From sequence record DRR723986_28680: DNA of 48,958 nucleotides, one strand, 5' to 3'. Of this stretch, positions 9,189 through 18,564 are shown one piece after another; position 1 is the first letter of the stretch, and the number at the start of each line of letters is the position of its first letter. The position numbers and the translations under genes were made by a program. Below the pieces are notes generated by a model. That model made no database searches. It saw only the letters and a list, made by a program, of their open reading frames with translations, and was not told where the DNA came from.

Positions 9189-10304
9189 ATGTCCCAAAAA
9201 CAACTTAAAGTATTAGCCATCAGTGATTACAGAGATTTTCATTCTGTTCGACCAGAGGCTGAGATATTTTTGGGCTTAAAAAAAGAAGGCCTAGATGTTC
9301 ATGTCATGTCTTATGCTGATTCTGAATACGGCAAAAGATTCGCCGAAGCAGGTATTCGCGTTATCGATTTTCATCCACAAGAAAAATTCAATAAAGAAGA
9401 ACAAAAATTTATTCGCGACCTTTTTGTTAAAGAACAGTATGATGTTGTTCACCTGTTCAATTCTAAAGCCATCATCAACGGCATAAAAGCAGCTAAAGGT
9501 TTAAAAACTAAAGTTGTATTGTATCGTGGATACAGTGGTAACATTCATTGGTACGACCCTACTGCTTACTATAAATTTTTACATCCAAGAGTTGATGCAA
9601 TTATGTGCAATTCTATTGGCGTAGAAAACATCATTCGCTCACAGAAATTGACCAATAAGCAAAAAGCGGTAACCATTAATAAAGGACACCGAACAGAATG
9701 GTATTCAGACGTTAAACCTTCAGATATTCGTAAAGAATTTAATATTCCAGAAGATGCATTCTTGTTGATTAACGTGGCGAATAACAGAAAGATGAAGGGC
9801 ATTCCTTATTTGCTTGAAGCCATGAATCAACTACCTGAAGGCTTGAATATTCATCTCATTTTATTGGGAAAACGAATGGATGATCCTAGACACATGGAAA
9901 TCATTAATCGAGGAGCTTACAAAAACAACATTCATATCCCTGGATTCAGGAAAGACGCCCTAAGTATTGTTTCTTCCTCTGATGTTTTTGTGTTGCCATC
10001 TATTATGGGTGAATCTATTACAAAATCTGTAATTGAAGCCATGTCACTTGAAAAGGCTGTAATTATCACAGATATAGCAGGTAATGTTGAATTGGTAGAT
10101 GACGGCAAGAGCGGTTTAGTAGTTCCTAAAAAGAATGCAACAGCTTTCAAAGATGCCATTTTGAAACTGTACAATGACAGAGACTTAACTTCCACGTTAG
10201 CTGTCAACGCTAAAAAACGAATTGACGCCGAGCTCAGCACCGAACAAACCATTCAAAAAGTTAAAGCGCTTTATGAAGAATTGGTTCATGGTGAGAAAGG
10301 ATAG
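9189..10304 (+). CDS. GT4 glycosyltransferase
   Basis: DVFVLPS..GESITKSVIEAM (EX7E); start moved to ATG 9189, downstream of a TAATTTCG -7-like box. Confidence 0.9.
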   Translation: MSQKQLKVLAISDYRDFHSVRPEAEIFLGLKKEGLDVHVMSYADSEYGKRFAEAGIRVIDFHPQEKFNKEEQKFIRDLFVKEQYDVVHLFNSKAIINGIKAAKGLKTKVVLYRGYSGNIHWYDPTAYYKFLHPRVDAIMCNSIGVENIIRSQKLTNKQKAVTINKGHRTEWYSDVKPSDIRKEFNIPEDAFLLINVANNRKMKGIPYLLEAMNQLPEGLNIHLILLGKRMDDPRHMEIINRGAYKNNIHIPGFRKDALSIVSSSDVFVLPSIMGESITKSVIEAMSLEKAVIITDIAGNVELVDDGKSGLVVPKKNATAFKDAILKLYNDRDLTSTLAVNAKKRIDAELSTEQTIQKVKALYEELVHGEKG

Positions 10305-10357
10305 CAGCTGTTAATAAAAATTGTTTGCCATTGCCCTTCTTTTATCTCATTTAATCC

Positions 10358-10365
10358 TATTTTTG
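10358..10365 (+). promoter_or_regulatory. -7 element TATTTTTG
   Basis: Exact TAnnTTTG 16 nt upstream of ATG 10382. Confidence 0.6.
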
Positions 10366-10381
10366 CCAAAAAAAATTGAAC

Positions 10382-10798
10382 ATGAGTATTGCAGATGTTT
10401 TCGAAAACGGAGAAAGAACCCAAGATAAAGCACATTTCAGAAATTTAGTAATGATCGCCGAAGCTGATGGAACTGTAGATGATTCTGAAAAAAGACTTTT
10501 AGATGAGATTGGAAGCAAGTTAGGGTTAACAGAAGAGCAAATTAAGGACATTGAAAAAAATCCGGAAAAGTATCAAATTAATCCTCCAAGTAGCAGAGTT
10601 GAGCGTTTTGAACAAATTGTTGAACTGATTCAAATGGTGCACGTTGACGGTAAAGTTGATGATGCTGAATTGAAAGTTCTTGAAAAAATTGCAGTGGGAA
10701 TTGGCTACAAAGATTTAGATGATGTAGACGTTGAGAGTATTCTTGCATTAATTGTTAGAGGTGAAGATACAGATGTTATCATCCAAGAATTATTATAA
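10382..10798 (+). CDS. TerB-family protein
   Basis: Two ADG.V...E / VDGKVD..E motifs (IAEADGTVDDSEK, VHVDGKVDDAEL). Confidence 0.85.
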   Translation: MSIADVFENGERTQDKAHFRNLVMIAEADGTVDDSEKRLLDEIGSKLGLTEEQIKDIEKNPEKYQINPPSSRVERFEQIVELIQMVHVDGKVDDAELKVLEKIAVGIGYKDLDDVDVESILALIVRGEDTDVIIQELL

Positions 10799-10820
10799 AT
10801 ATTGATTTTTAAATGAATGA

Positions 10821-10850
10821 GAGCCGGTCTTTTTTAGATCGGCTTTTTTT
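10821..10850 (+). terminator. Intrinsic terminator of the TerB gene
   Basis: GAGCCGGTCT-TTTTT-AGATCGGCTT stem followed by a T run. Confidence 0.85.
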
Positions 10851-10898
10851 ATGCTGTTACCACTGTTTAAGCTATGCTTATGCAAACTGCTCAAACAG

Positions 10899-10977
10899 GG
10901 TCGGGTCATTCGCTATAGTCATGTTGGGCTTCGAGAACCTCAGCCATCAACATAAGCTGCCGCTGCTACCCCTAACA
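10899..10977 (-). ncRNA. Flavo-1-like structured RNA / Flavobacteria interspersed repeat
   Basis: Minus strand reads TGTTAGGGGTAGCAGCGGCAGC...ATAGCGAATGACCCGACC, resembling the remembered flavobacterial consensus GCGTTAGGGAT.GCAGCGG...AGCG.A.AGCCCGACC; GC-rich patch in an AT-rich background. Confidence 0.6.
10927..10945. repeat. REP-like imperfect palindrome GGCTTCGAGAACCTCAGCC
   Basis: Matches the CTTCGA-N-CTCAG REP-like family common in Bacteroidota; flanked by ATGTTG/CAACAT stem. Confidence 0.6.
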
Positions 10978-10982
10978 GAATC

Positions 10983-11465
10983 CTAATAATGCTTCTTGAG
11001 CTCCTCAAACACTTTTACAACTGCCGGGCATATCTCTGTATTCTTAACAGATAAATCTAGCACTTGATAAAACCGCTTTCTATTGGTGTGCGGATATTCT
11101 CTACAGGCCAATGGTCGGGCTTCATAAACTGAACAATAATTATCTGCACCTAAAAACGGGCAAGGCGCCGACCTGAACACGTAATCACCATCACTATCCA
11201 TCTCCATATGTGCCGCTATCAAATCAACCGGTTTCATTTTTAGGTGCTTCGCCAAGCGTTCAACGTCACGATCATGCATTCCCGGACTCGTTGTTTTACA
11301 ACAGTTTCCGCAATCTAAACAATCAATTTCATCAAATACATCTTCATGCAATTGATGCGTTACTTGATCTAAATTCTTCGGCTTTGATTTTTTAAGCTTT
11401 TTGACTAATGCTTTAGTACCCTTATTGTTGCTCTGCCCTTTTTCTATGATTGCTTTCACATCCAT
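10983..11465 (-). CDS. YkgJ-family CxxCxxCC cysteine-cluster protein
   Basis: CLDCGNCC, CPFL, CSVYEARPLACREYP. Confidence 0.9.
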   Translation of the reverse strand: MDVKAIIEKGQSNNKGTKALVKKLKKSKPKNLDQVTHQLHEDVFDEIDCLDCGNCCKTTSPGMHDRDVERLAKHLKMKPVDLIAAHMEMDSDGDYVFRSAPCPFLGADNYCSVYEARPLACREYPHTNRKRFYQVLDLSVKNTEICPAVVKVFEELKKHY

Positions 11466-11469
11466 AATG

Positions 11470-11477
11470 CAAAAGTA
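11470..11477 (-). promoter_or_regulatory. -7 element TACTTTTG, 4 nt before the start codon
   Basis: CAAAAGTA on + strand; ATG at 11465. Confidence 0.65.
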
Positions 11478-11488
11478 AAAGAGATATT

Positions 11489-12175
11489 TTAATAAGGTTC
11501 AATATGATAATTAACAAGATCAAGTGTATCATAATCCCAACCCATGGTGACCCTTGTTTGTCTTATTAGCCCAATATTTTTACTGTAAAATTTTTCATCT
11601 TCATGAGAGGTCGATAATATCACACCTCCTTTATGATTAGCTACTCTTGTACCAATTACCATCACATCATAATACATTACCCCCAAAACTTCCAAAGAAT
11701 CAAGGTGGTCAACATAACTTTTAGTATGTTTAGTAAAATATGGGCCATCCTCATTCGAAACAACTGAGTAAAAAACTTCCCCTAAACTCGTGCCAGTAAG
11801 TTGTGAGCTGGAGATAAATGTGTCATCATCATTACTAGTGATTAAAAAATTATTGTGGATCCAATAATTGTTAAAATTGGGCAAATAATGATAATCACTT
11901 ATTTGAACATAACAATCTGGTTTGGTTGTGGTGACAACCTCCTTTAAACGCCATTCATCAGAAGTCGCGATACTTCCATCTGAATACTCCCACCAAGAGC
12001 CTGGATAGGCCATAATATAATCTGACGGAAAAACTGTATCATTCGAATGGTATTCCATCAGGGTTGTATCGCAATTTTCTTCCAGAACATTGCTGGGTGG
12101 CTCAACTTCATCTTTTTTACAACTGTTAAAAGTGAAGGAAGCAATCATGAGACTCAAAATAAAAATCCGATTCAT
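11489..12175 (-). CDS. Hypothetical lipoprotein
   Basis: Lipobox FNSC followed by KKDE (surface export signal-like); C-terminal FYSKNIGLIR motif. Confidence 0.75.
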   Translation of the reverse strand: MNRIFILSLMIASFTFNSCKKDEVEPPSNVLEENCDTTLMEYHSNDTVFPSDYIMAYPGSWWEYSDGSIATSDEWRLKEVVTTTKPDCYVQISDYHYLPNFNNYWIHNNFLITSNDDDTFISSSQLTGTSLGEVFYSVVSNEDGPYFTKHTKSYVDHLDSLEVLGVMYYDVMVIGTRVANHKGGVILSTSHEDEKFYSKNIGLIRQTRVTMGWDYDTLDLVNYHIEPY

Positions 12176-12182
12176 ACTTCTT

Positions 12183-12208
12183 TAACGTCACTTTATCTTT
12201 AAGAGTTG
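12183..12208 (-). promoter_or_regulatory. ECF-sigma-type promoter CAAC-N17-CGTTA
   Basis: Minus strand CAAC (12208-12205), 17 nt, CGTTA (12187-12183); same pattern at 14925-14950. Confidence 0.5.
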
Positions 12209-12282
12209 GAGCTTAGTCCTAATCTTTTATAAATCCCTTAAACCTTTTATCAAAAAACATGTCTGAACACATTATTTAGCCT

Positions 12283-12290
12283 TAATTTTG
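12283..12290 (+). promoter_or_regulatory. -7 element TAATTTTG, 4 nt before GTG start
   Basis: Exact TAnnTTTG then CACC GTG. Confidence 0.65.
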
Positions 12291-12294
12291 CACC

Positions 12295-14718
12295 GTGTTT
12301 AAGAAATCACTCATATTTTTCATCATTTTCGTAAGTCAATTTACTTATGCCCAACCGCCTGGTGGTGGAGGAAAAGGTGATCGCAACAAAAACGAAGCGA
12401 AAGCTGAAATTTTTGGAAACATTGTAGACTCGCTTACCAATAAAGGAGTTGGTTACGCAACTATTATTGCGCTAAAACAACCAGACAATAAAATGGTTGG
12501 TGGTGTGGTTACAGAAGACAATGGTAACTTTTCTATCCCAGATTTACCCTTTGGAAAATACAAACTCAAAATTTCATTTGTTGGATACAACACCTTGTTT
12601 ATTGATGATATTGAGCTGAATGCATCTAAAAGTACTTTTCAGCTGAAAAACGTGATTTTAGCTCCAACTACTTTAAAAACTGTAGAAGTTATTGGCGACA
12701 AACCATTGATCACTTACGAAATAGATAAAAAAGTAATTAATGTTGAAGATCAAATCAACACAGATGGTCAATCTGTTACTGAAATATTAGAAAATATCCC
12801 ATCAATAACGGTAGATGCTGATGGAACAGTTAGTTTACGTGGTAGCTCGAGTTTTACCTTATTAATTGATGGAATACCAACCGCAATGGATGCTTCTGAC
12901 GCCCTTGCTACTATTCCTGCTAGTACGATAAAAGATATTGAAATTATAACGAATCCATCTGCAAAATTTGATGCAGAAGGTACCAGTGGCATCATCAACA
13001 TCATTACCAAAAAAAGCAAGCTGGAGGGAATCAGTAGCTTAATTAACTTATCAGCAGGTCGTTTTTCTAATCATAACGGTGACTTTTCACTCAATATCAA
13101 AAAGAAAAAATGGACTTTTGATGTAGCAGGTGGTGCGGGAATCAGAAATCATCCTAACAAAAGATCTTCAGAACGAATCACTACTTATGATAGTTTAGTA
13201 AACAGAATTGTAAGTGAAGGTGAAAGCAGCTGGAAGAGACAATACGCAAATGTCGGAGGAGGTGTTCAATGGAATCCGAATAACAGCCATGTTTTAGCCA
13301 TACGTACCAATTTTAAATGGACGGACATGATTCCTTATGACGATCAATTTTTTGAAAGTTTCGACAACGACAGTTTAATTTCGAGTTTTCAAACCAACCA
13401 AAGCAATGATATTGACCTGTTCAATAACACGAGTAATTTGTATTATCAGTACAATATCAAAAGAAACAAAGATCATAACATCAGCTTTAAGGCAATAGCC
13501 AATATAAAAGATGTGGTTCAAAACGACACTACCCTATCTTACAATTCAGACGGCTCTATTCGTTCAGGAAATATTTATACCGAAACCGGGCCATCAAATT
13601 CTTACCGTTTCAATTTAGATTACCAACTTCCGATAGGTAAAACCAACAAATTTGAAACAGGTGTTCAAGCGCAATTTGGACAATCAGGAGATGTAGGTAA
13701 AAACTACGTTTACAATGACTCAACTGGTGAATATGACTTCAATCAACTGTTCAGTTCAGATGTTGATTACGTTAGAAATGTGCACGCAGCCTATGGTATT
13801 TTTGGTGGAACAAGAAAACAATTGGGGTACCAAGTAGGATTGAGAGCTGAGTATACATACCGAACCATCAACTCATCTAAAGCGGTAGACTTTAGTACAA
13901 TCAACCGATTAGATTGGTTTCCATCAGCCCATTTCTCTTATAGTTTGGCCAATAAAAGTCAACTAATTGCCAGTTATTCACGAAGAATAGAACGACCACG
14001 ATCTTGGTTCTTTGAACCGTTTATCACTTGGGAAAGTCCGTTTCAAGTACGATCAGGAAATCCTAACTTATTACCAGAGTACATTAATGCTTTTGAATTG
14101 AGCTACATCATTCCAATAAAGAAAACTGGTTTCTTCAGTGCTGAAGCATATATGAGACAAAATCAAAATGTGATCAACAGAATTTCAACAGTTTATGAAG
14201 AAGGCATTTTAATTGAACAGCCCTACAATATTGGAACTTCAAGTTCGTACGGGGGTGAATTATCTCTGAATTTAGATGTCACTAAATGGTGGAAGATCAA
14301 TACTGGTGGTAACGCCTACTATTTCGATTTGCGTGGGGAGTTAAATGATGTAGCTTACAATGCACAGTCATTTAACTGGGGGGCACAATTCACCAATACC
14401 TTCAAGTTTAAAGGATTCATTTTACAAACCAATTCGCGATTCAGAAGTGGGTCAGTACAAGCCCAAGGTGTGAATTTAAGCTCATTCAGTCAAGACGTTT
14501 CTATCAAAAAGAGCTTCTGGAAAAAGAGACTGTCTTTAACCTTAGGAGGCAGAAACATCTTAAATACTGAACGCCGTGAATCTATCTCCTATACTGAAAA
14601 TGTAGAAATTCACAGCTTAAGAAAACCAATTGGGCCAACCGTTCAATTCACAGTTTCAATCAAGTTGAATAACTATCAAAAAGTTTACGAGCGTCAAGAA
14701 ACCTTAGACGATTTCTAA
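12295..14718 (+). CDS. TonB-dependent receptor / outer-membrane beta-barrel protein
   Basis: Signal peptide (YA-Q), carboxypeptidase-regulatory-like N-domain (LKISFVGY), plug IEIITNPSAKFDAEGTSGIINII, GNPNLLPE. Confidence 0.92.
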   Translation: MFKKSLIFFIIFVSQFTYAQPPGGGGKGDRNKNEAKAEIFGNIVDSLTNKGVGYATIIALKQPDNKMVGGVVTEDNGNFSIPDLPFGKYKLKISFVGYNTLFIDDIELNASKSTFQLKNVILAPTTLKTVEVIGDKPLITYEIDKKVINVEDQINTDGQSVTEILENIPSITVDADGTVSLRGSSSFTLLIDGIPTAMDASDALATIPASTIKDIEIITNPSAKFDAEGTSGIINIITKKSKLEGISSLINLSAGRFSNHNGDFSLNIKKKKWTFDVAGGAGIRNHPNKRSSERITTYDSLVNRIVSEGESSWKRQYANVGGGVQWNPNNSHVLAIRTNFKWTDMIPYDDQFFESFDNDSLISSFQTNQSNDIDLFNNTSNLYYQYNIKRNKDHNISFKAIANIKDVVQNDTTLSYNSDGSIRSGNIYTETGPSNSYRFNLDYQLPIGKTNKFETGVQAQFGQSGDVGKNYVYNDSTGEYDFNQLFSSDVDYVRNVHAAYGIFGGTRKQLGYQVGLRAEYTYRTINSSKAVDFSTINRLDWFPSAHFSYSLANKSQLIASYSRRIERPRSWFFEPFITWESPFQVRSGNPNLLPEYINAFELSYIIPIKKTGFFSAEAYMRQNQNVINRISTVYEEGILIEQPYNIGTSSSYGGELSLNLDVTKWWKINTGGNAYYFDLRGELNDVAYNAQSFNWGAQFTNTFKFKGFILQTNSRFRSGSVQAQGVNLSSFSQDVSIKKSFWKKRLSLTLGGRNILNTERRESISYTENVEIHSLRKPIGPTVQFTVSIKLNNYQKVYERQETLDDF

Positions 14719-14906
14719 TGAAAAAAGCCATCCCTTATATCTGTTTCGGAATTGCCTTGGTTGCAATCGTTTTGCTAATGAACTCCATTTCGCAGATGGA
14801 AGAGACAGGTCTTAAATTGATGAACAGATGGCACGTGTTGTATGCTGTGATATTCACAATAAGCTTTATGATTGGTGTTTCATTAGTGATGAAGGAACAT
14901 AAGTAG
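14718..14906 (+). CDS. Small two-TM membrane protein
   Basis: 62 aa, two hydrophobic helices, TAATG-coupled to the receptor gene. Confidence 0.7.
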   Translation: MKKAIPYICFGIALVAIVLLMNSISQMEETGLKLMNRWHVLYAVIFTISFMIGVSLVMKEHK

Positions 14907-14924
14907 GGATTTTTCAGACATTCC

Positions 14925-14950
14925 TAACCATTTCAAAAAATGTTACGTTA
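14925..14950 (+). promoter_or_regulatory. ECF-sigma-type promoter TAAC-N17-CGTTA
   Basis: AAC 14926-28, CGT 14946-48; no exact TAnnTTTG seen in this intergenic region. Confidence 0.5.
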
Positions 14951-14972
14951 TCATTATCAGATACCTTAACTT

Positions 14973-15548
14973 ATGAATTGGGAAACGTACTTAGCCCTAG
15001 GAGACAGCATTACAATCGGAGCTAGATCTTACCTAGGATACCCAGAGCTTGTAGGCTACAATTTAGCTTCAACTTTAAATAAAGAATGGCATGTTATTAA
15101 CCACGCGGTAAGTGGTTACACTTGTATTGATTTAATCCGATATGTGGACGCTCATTTCGATAGATTAATAAACTCTAAACCAGAATTTTGTTCCCTTCTT
15201 ATTGGAACGAACGACTGTAAAATCGGCACATCTGAAAAAGACTTTGAAATTGCATACCATCAACTTTTAGTTAAACTCAAGCTTATTCACCCTGGAAATA
15301 ATATTTTGATTGTGAAAATCCCGCAATTTCATGAAGGAATTATGCTTCCGTATAAAATAGAAATGAACTCTACAATTCAATCTTACAATCAAATAATTAC
15401 AAAACTTGCAACTCAATTTAATTTAGATACAATCGAATTGAATTTACATAAAAAGCATTTTTTTGATGGGGTTCATTTAAATGATGAAGGAAACGAACAT
15501 ACTGCAAAAGTGATTTCAGACTGCGTGTTAAATCAAAGAGGATTTTGA
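14973..15548 (+). CDS. Cytoplasmic SGNH/GDSL esterase
   Basis: LALGDSIT, AVSG, LIGTND, DGVHLN. Confidence 0.9.
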   Translation: MNWETYLALGDSITIGARSYLGYPELVGYNLASTLNKEWHVINHAVSGYTCIDLIRYVDAHFDRLINSKPEFCSLLIGTNDCKIGTSEKDFEIAYHQLLVKLKLIHPGNNILIVKIPQFHEGIMLPYKIEMNSTIQSYNQIITKLATQFNLDTIELNLHKKHFFDGVHLNDEGNEHTAKVISDCVLNQRGF

Positions 15549-15549
15549 T

Positions 15550-16719
15550 TTGGCAAAATTAATGATCATAGCATATCGCGCTCCGTATCCAGCTTTGAAA
15601 GGTGACCAACTTCGGCTATATTTCCAAATTCAAGAACTATCTTTACATCACGAAATACATCTATTTTGTCTTACAAACAATGATGCCGACAATTCTCATA
15701 AAGAACACTTACTAAAATTTTGTCGCTCTGTCACGTTTTTCCAAATAGGCGCTTTTCATCAAGGGTTAATGCTTTTGAGAGGTTGTTTTAATCGCTACCC
15801 TTTTCAAGTCAATTACTTTTACTCTAGTCAATTTGATAAAGTCATCTCACGAGAATTTGCGACTATCAAACCGGACATAACTTTCTTTCATACCATTCGC
15901 TCTGCTCAATATTTAAGTAAAACAGAATCCAATAAAAAAATTGACTTTATGGATGCATTTGGAGTAGGCATGCAAAAAAGAGTTCATAATGAAAAAAATT
16001 GGATGAAGAAGATCCTGTATCGACTTGAAATGAAACGTCTCTTAAAATACGAAAATGAGATACTAAGAAAATTCAAATCCGGTTGTATTATCTCTGATCA
16101 GGATAGAAAACAAATACCCTCAAAACTAAACTCCAATCTTGCTGTGGTTAAAAACGGGGTTGATTTCAAACAGTTTCAGCTTCGCACCAATTGCATAAAG
16201 CGATTTGACTTGTTATTCATGGGTAACATGGATTATCCTCCAAATATTGTTGCCACTGAGTTTATTATTAATGAATTACTGCCACAATTATGGATTACTC
16301 ATCCAACATTAAGTTTTCACATTGCTGGTAAGAATTGTCCTTTAAAATTTAAAAAAATTAAAGACGAGCGTATCTCTTTCAAAGAAGACTATTTGGACAT
16401 AGCTGATTCAATTGCATATAGTCGTATCATGTTAGCTCCTATGATAATAAGCATTGGATTACAAAATAAGGTATTACAAGCAATGGCCATGAAAACTCCT
16501 TGTATTGTGAGTGAATCATGCAATGCGGCAATTGAAGCTAAGCATGGAACAGAAATTATTGCATGTAAATCTAAAGAAGACTACGTCAATTGGATTCGAT
16601 TGTTAATTGACTCTGAACGCGAAAGAAACTTAATTTCAAGTAATGCTTTTTCATTCGTAAAGTCGAACTATACATGGAATAAACAAGGTGATTTGTTAAA
16701 TAAATATCTAACGGCTTAA
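15550..16719 (+). CDS. GT4-type glycosyltransferase
   Basis: PYPALKGDQLR, NGVD, FMGNMDYPPN, GLQNKVLQAMAM. Confidence 0.85.
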   Translation: MAKLMIIAYRAPYPALKGDQLRLYFQIQELSLHHEIHLFCLTNNDADNSHKEHLLKFCRSVTFFQIGAFHQGLMLLRGCFNRYPFQVNYFYSSQFDKVISREFATIKPDITFFHTIRSAQYLSKTESNKKIDFMDAFGVGMQKRVHNEKNWMKKILYRLEMKRLLKYENEILRKFKSGCIISDQDRKQIPSKLNSNLAVVKNGVDFKQFQLRTNCIKRFDLLFMGNMDYPPNIVATEFIINELLPQLWITHPTLSFHIAGKNCPLKFKKIKDERISFKEDYLDIADSIAYSRIMLAPMIISIGLQNKVLQAMAMKTPCIVSESCNAAIEAKHGTEIIACKSKEDYVNWIRLLIDSERERNLISSNAFSFVKSNYTWNKQGDLLNKYLTA

Positions 16720-17453
16720 TGAAGAATTCTATTATAAAAGTTTTACATGCAATCTTAGGCTATGAGCGCTATTTGTATTGGTTTTCACTTTTTAAAATAA
16801 AGTTCTTGAAATTCGATAAAAGAAAAAAAGACTTTCTTTATTTCACTCAACTAATTGATAAAGATGCTGAGGTGGTTATTGCCGGTGGTTGTACCGGTAT
16901 AACGACAATTCCTTTTTTAGCAACGAATGCAAATAGAAAGGTCCATGTTTACGAGCCAGAAGCAACGAATTTTAAAATATTAGCTAAAGTCATTTCGCAC
17001 TACAAGTATCCTAATATTGACGCCCATCAATTTGGTCTGGGGAATGAGAACAGTACAAAAGACTTTATTCTGCCTGTTGTAGAAGGCACAAAAAAACATG
17101 GAATAGCGCATGTAGTAGATGAATCTATTCCCGAATACAACCACGGTAAAATAAGTCAAATCGAAGTGAAGCGTCTTGATGATATTTTCTTAAAAAACCA
17201 TTCCGGAAATCTCGCCATGAAAATAGTTGCTGAAAATTTTGAACTTGAAATATTTAACGGAGCTGAAAACCTTATTCGAAAACATTATCCTATCATTTAT
17301 TGTGAACTATGGCCAAACGAGAAAAAACTTCTGGTTTTAGATTATATTAGGAATTTAGGTTATCAAATTTACTTTATTCATGAAAAACAACTCGTGATAT
17401 ACAACGGATCCAACTATAGCGGCAAACACTTTATTTTTAAAAAAGATGAATAA
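16719..17453 (+). CDS. FkbM-family methyltransferase-like protein with degenerate motifs
   Basis: VYEP, FGLGNE, VKRLDD, MKIVAENFE, PIIYCE; motif I reads VIAGGCTG. Confidence 0.7.
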   Translation: MKNSIIKVLHAILGYERYLYWFSLFKIKFLKFDKRKKDFLYFTQLIDKDAEVVIAGGCTGITTIPFLATNANRKVHVYEPEATNFKILAKVISHYKYPNIDAHQFGLGNENSTKDFILPVVEGTKKHGIAHVVDESIPEYNHGKISQIEVKRLDDIFLKNHSGNLAMKIVAENFELEIFNGAENLIRKHYPIIYCELWPNEKKLLVLDYIRNLGYQIYFIHEKQLVIYNGSNYSGKHFIFKKDE

Positions 17454-18516
17454 AATTCTGCTAACGTTTGGCACCCGTCCGGAGCTTTTAAAATTGATTT
17501 CGATCATTCGATTGTTTGAGAAAAATAATAGGCGATCCGAACTTTATGTACTGAATACTGGTCAACATGACACCTTAATTGATAAAGAAATTGAACATTT
17601 TCAAATTAAAGTTGATAACACCTTTGTTTTAGAGAAAAGAGATGGGAATTTAGATAATTTGATTGGACAATTAAGTATCCAGTTCGGTAAACTAAAAATT
17701 CATTTAAGCGCTCAAAAAATAAACCTGATAGGATGTATTGTTCAAGGTGATACTGCAAGTACTTTTGCAACATCACTATTTTGTTTTCATAACAGAATAC
17801 AGCTTTTTCATGTTGAGGCTGGACTAAGAACAAATGATATCGATAGTCCACATCCTGAAGAGTTTTATAGGAAAACGATTTCACAAATTGCATCATTTCA
17901 CTTTGTCCCCGGAGAAATTCAAAAAGCTAATTTATTGAATGAAAAAATAAAAGAGGAGCGGATTAAGATTGTAGGAAATACTATCATTGATTTGATATCT
18001 CAGGAACAAAAAACTACCCCTCCCAACCCAACTGGAGTGCTAATTACCCTGCATAGATCACATACATGTCCCAAATATCAGGATGAATATATTGAATATA
18101 TTAGAAAGCTAATTTCTCAAAACCCGAATTATCATTTCACCTTTCTTGGACATCCAAACCACAATCAAAAATTTGACGGTCTTGAATTCACTAATTTATC
18201 CCGCATTACGGCAGTTGGATATGCCGAAATGCTTAACTATTATGCCCAATCGTGCATTGTTTTTACAGATTCTGGTGGAGTGCAAGAAGAAGCTTCGTTT
18301 CTAGAAATCCCATGCATTATTCTTAGAGAAAAAACAGAGAGAATAGAAGGCATCAAAAAAGGGTGCGCGAAAATTGTTAACTTGAATGAACACTCAATTT
18401 CAACGGTGATTGACCAATTTGACTTTGAAACAATGAGCTCTTCAAAATTTATATATGGTAAAGGAGAAAGTGCCGAATTGATTTTTAAAAACTTGAAAGA
18501 ATTTAACCTCTCTTAA
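17446..18516 (+). CDS. wecB: Non-hydrolysing UDP-N-acetylglucosamine 2-epimerase
   Basis: FGTRPE, TGQH, VQGDT, HVEAGLRT, PEE, TDSGGVQEEA. Confidence 0.9.
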   Translation: MNKILLTFGTRPELLKLISIIRLFEKNNRRSELYVLNTGQHDTLIDKEIEHFQIKVDNTFVLEKRDGNLDNLIGQLSIQFGKLKIHLSAQKINLIGCIVQGDTASTFATSLFCFHNRIQLFHVEAGLRTNDIDSPHPEEFYRKTISQIASFHFVPGEIQKANLLNEKIKEERIKIVGNTIIDLISQEQKTTPPNPTGVLITLHRSHTCPKYQDEYIEYIRKLISQNPNYHFTFLGHPNHNQKFDGLEFTNLSRITAVGYAEMLNYYAQSCIVFTDSGGVQEEASFLEIPCIILREKTERIEGIKKGCAKIVNLNEHSISTVIDQFDFETMSSSKFIYGKGESAELIFKNLKEFNLS

Positions 18517-18564
18517 GAATTTAAATTTCGATAATTTCGTTTCTTAGGCACTGAATAGGAACCT

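Noticed and set aside
10382..10798. Tellurite resistance / ter defence operon
   Set aside because: Single TerB-family gene with its own promoter and terminator; no other ter genes.
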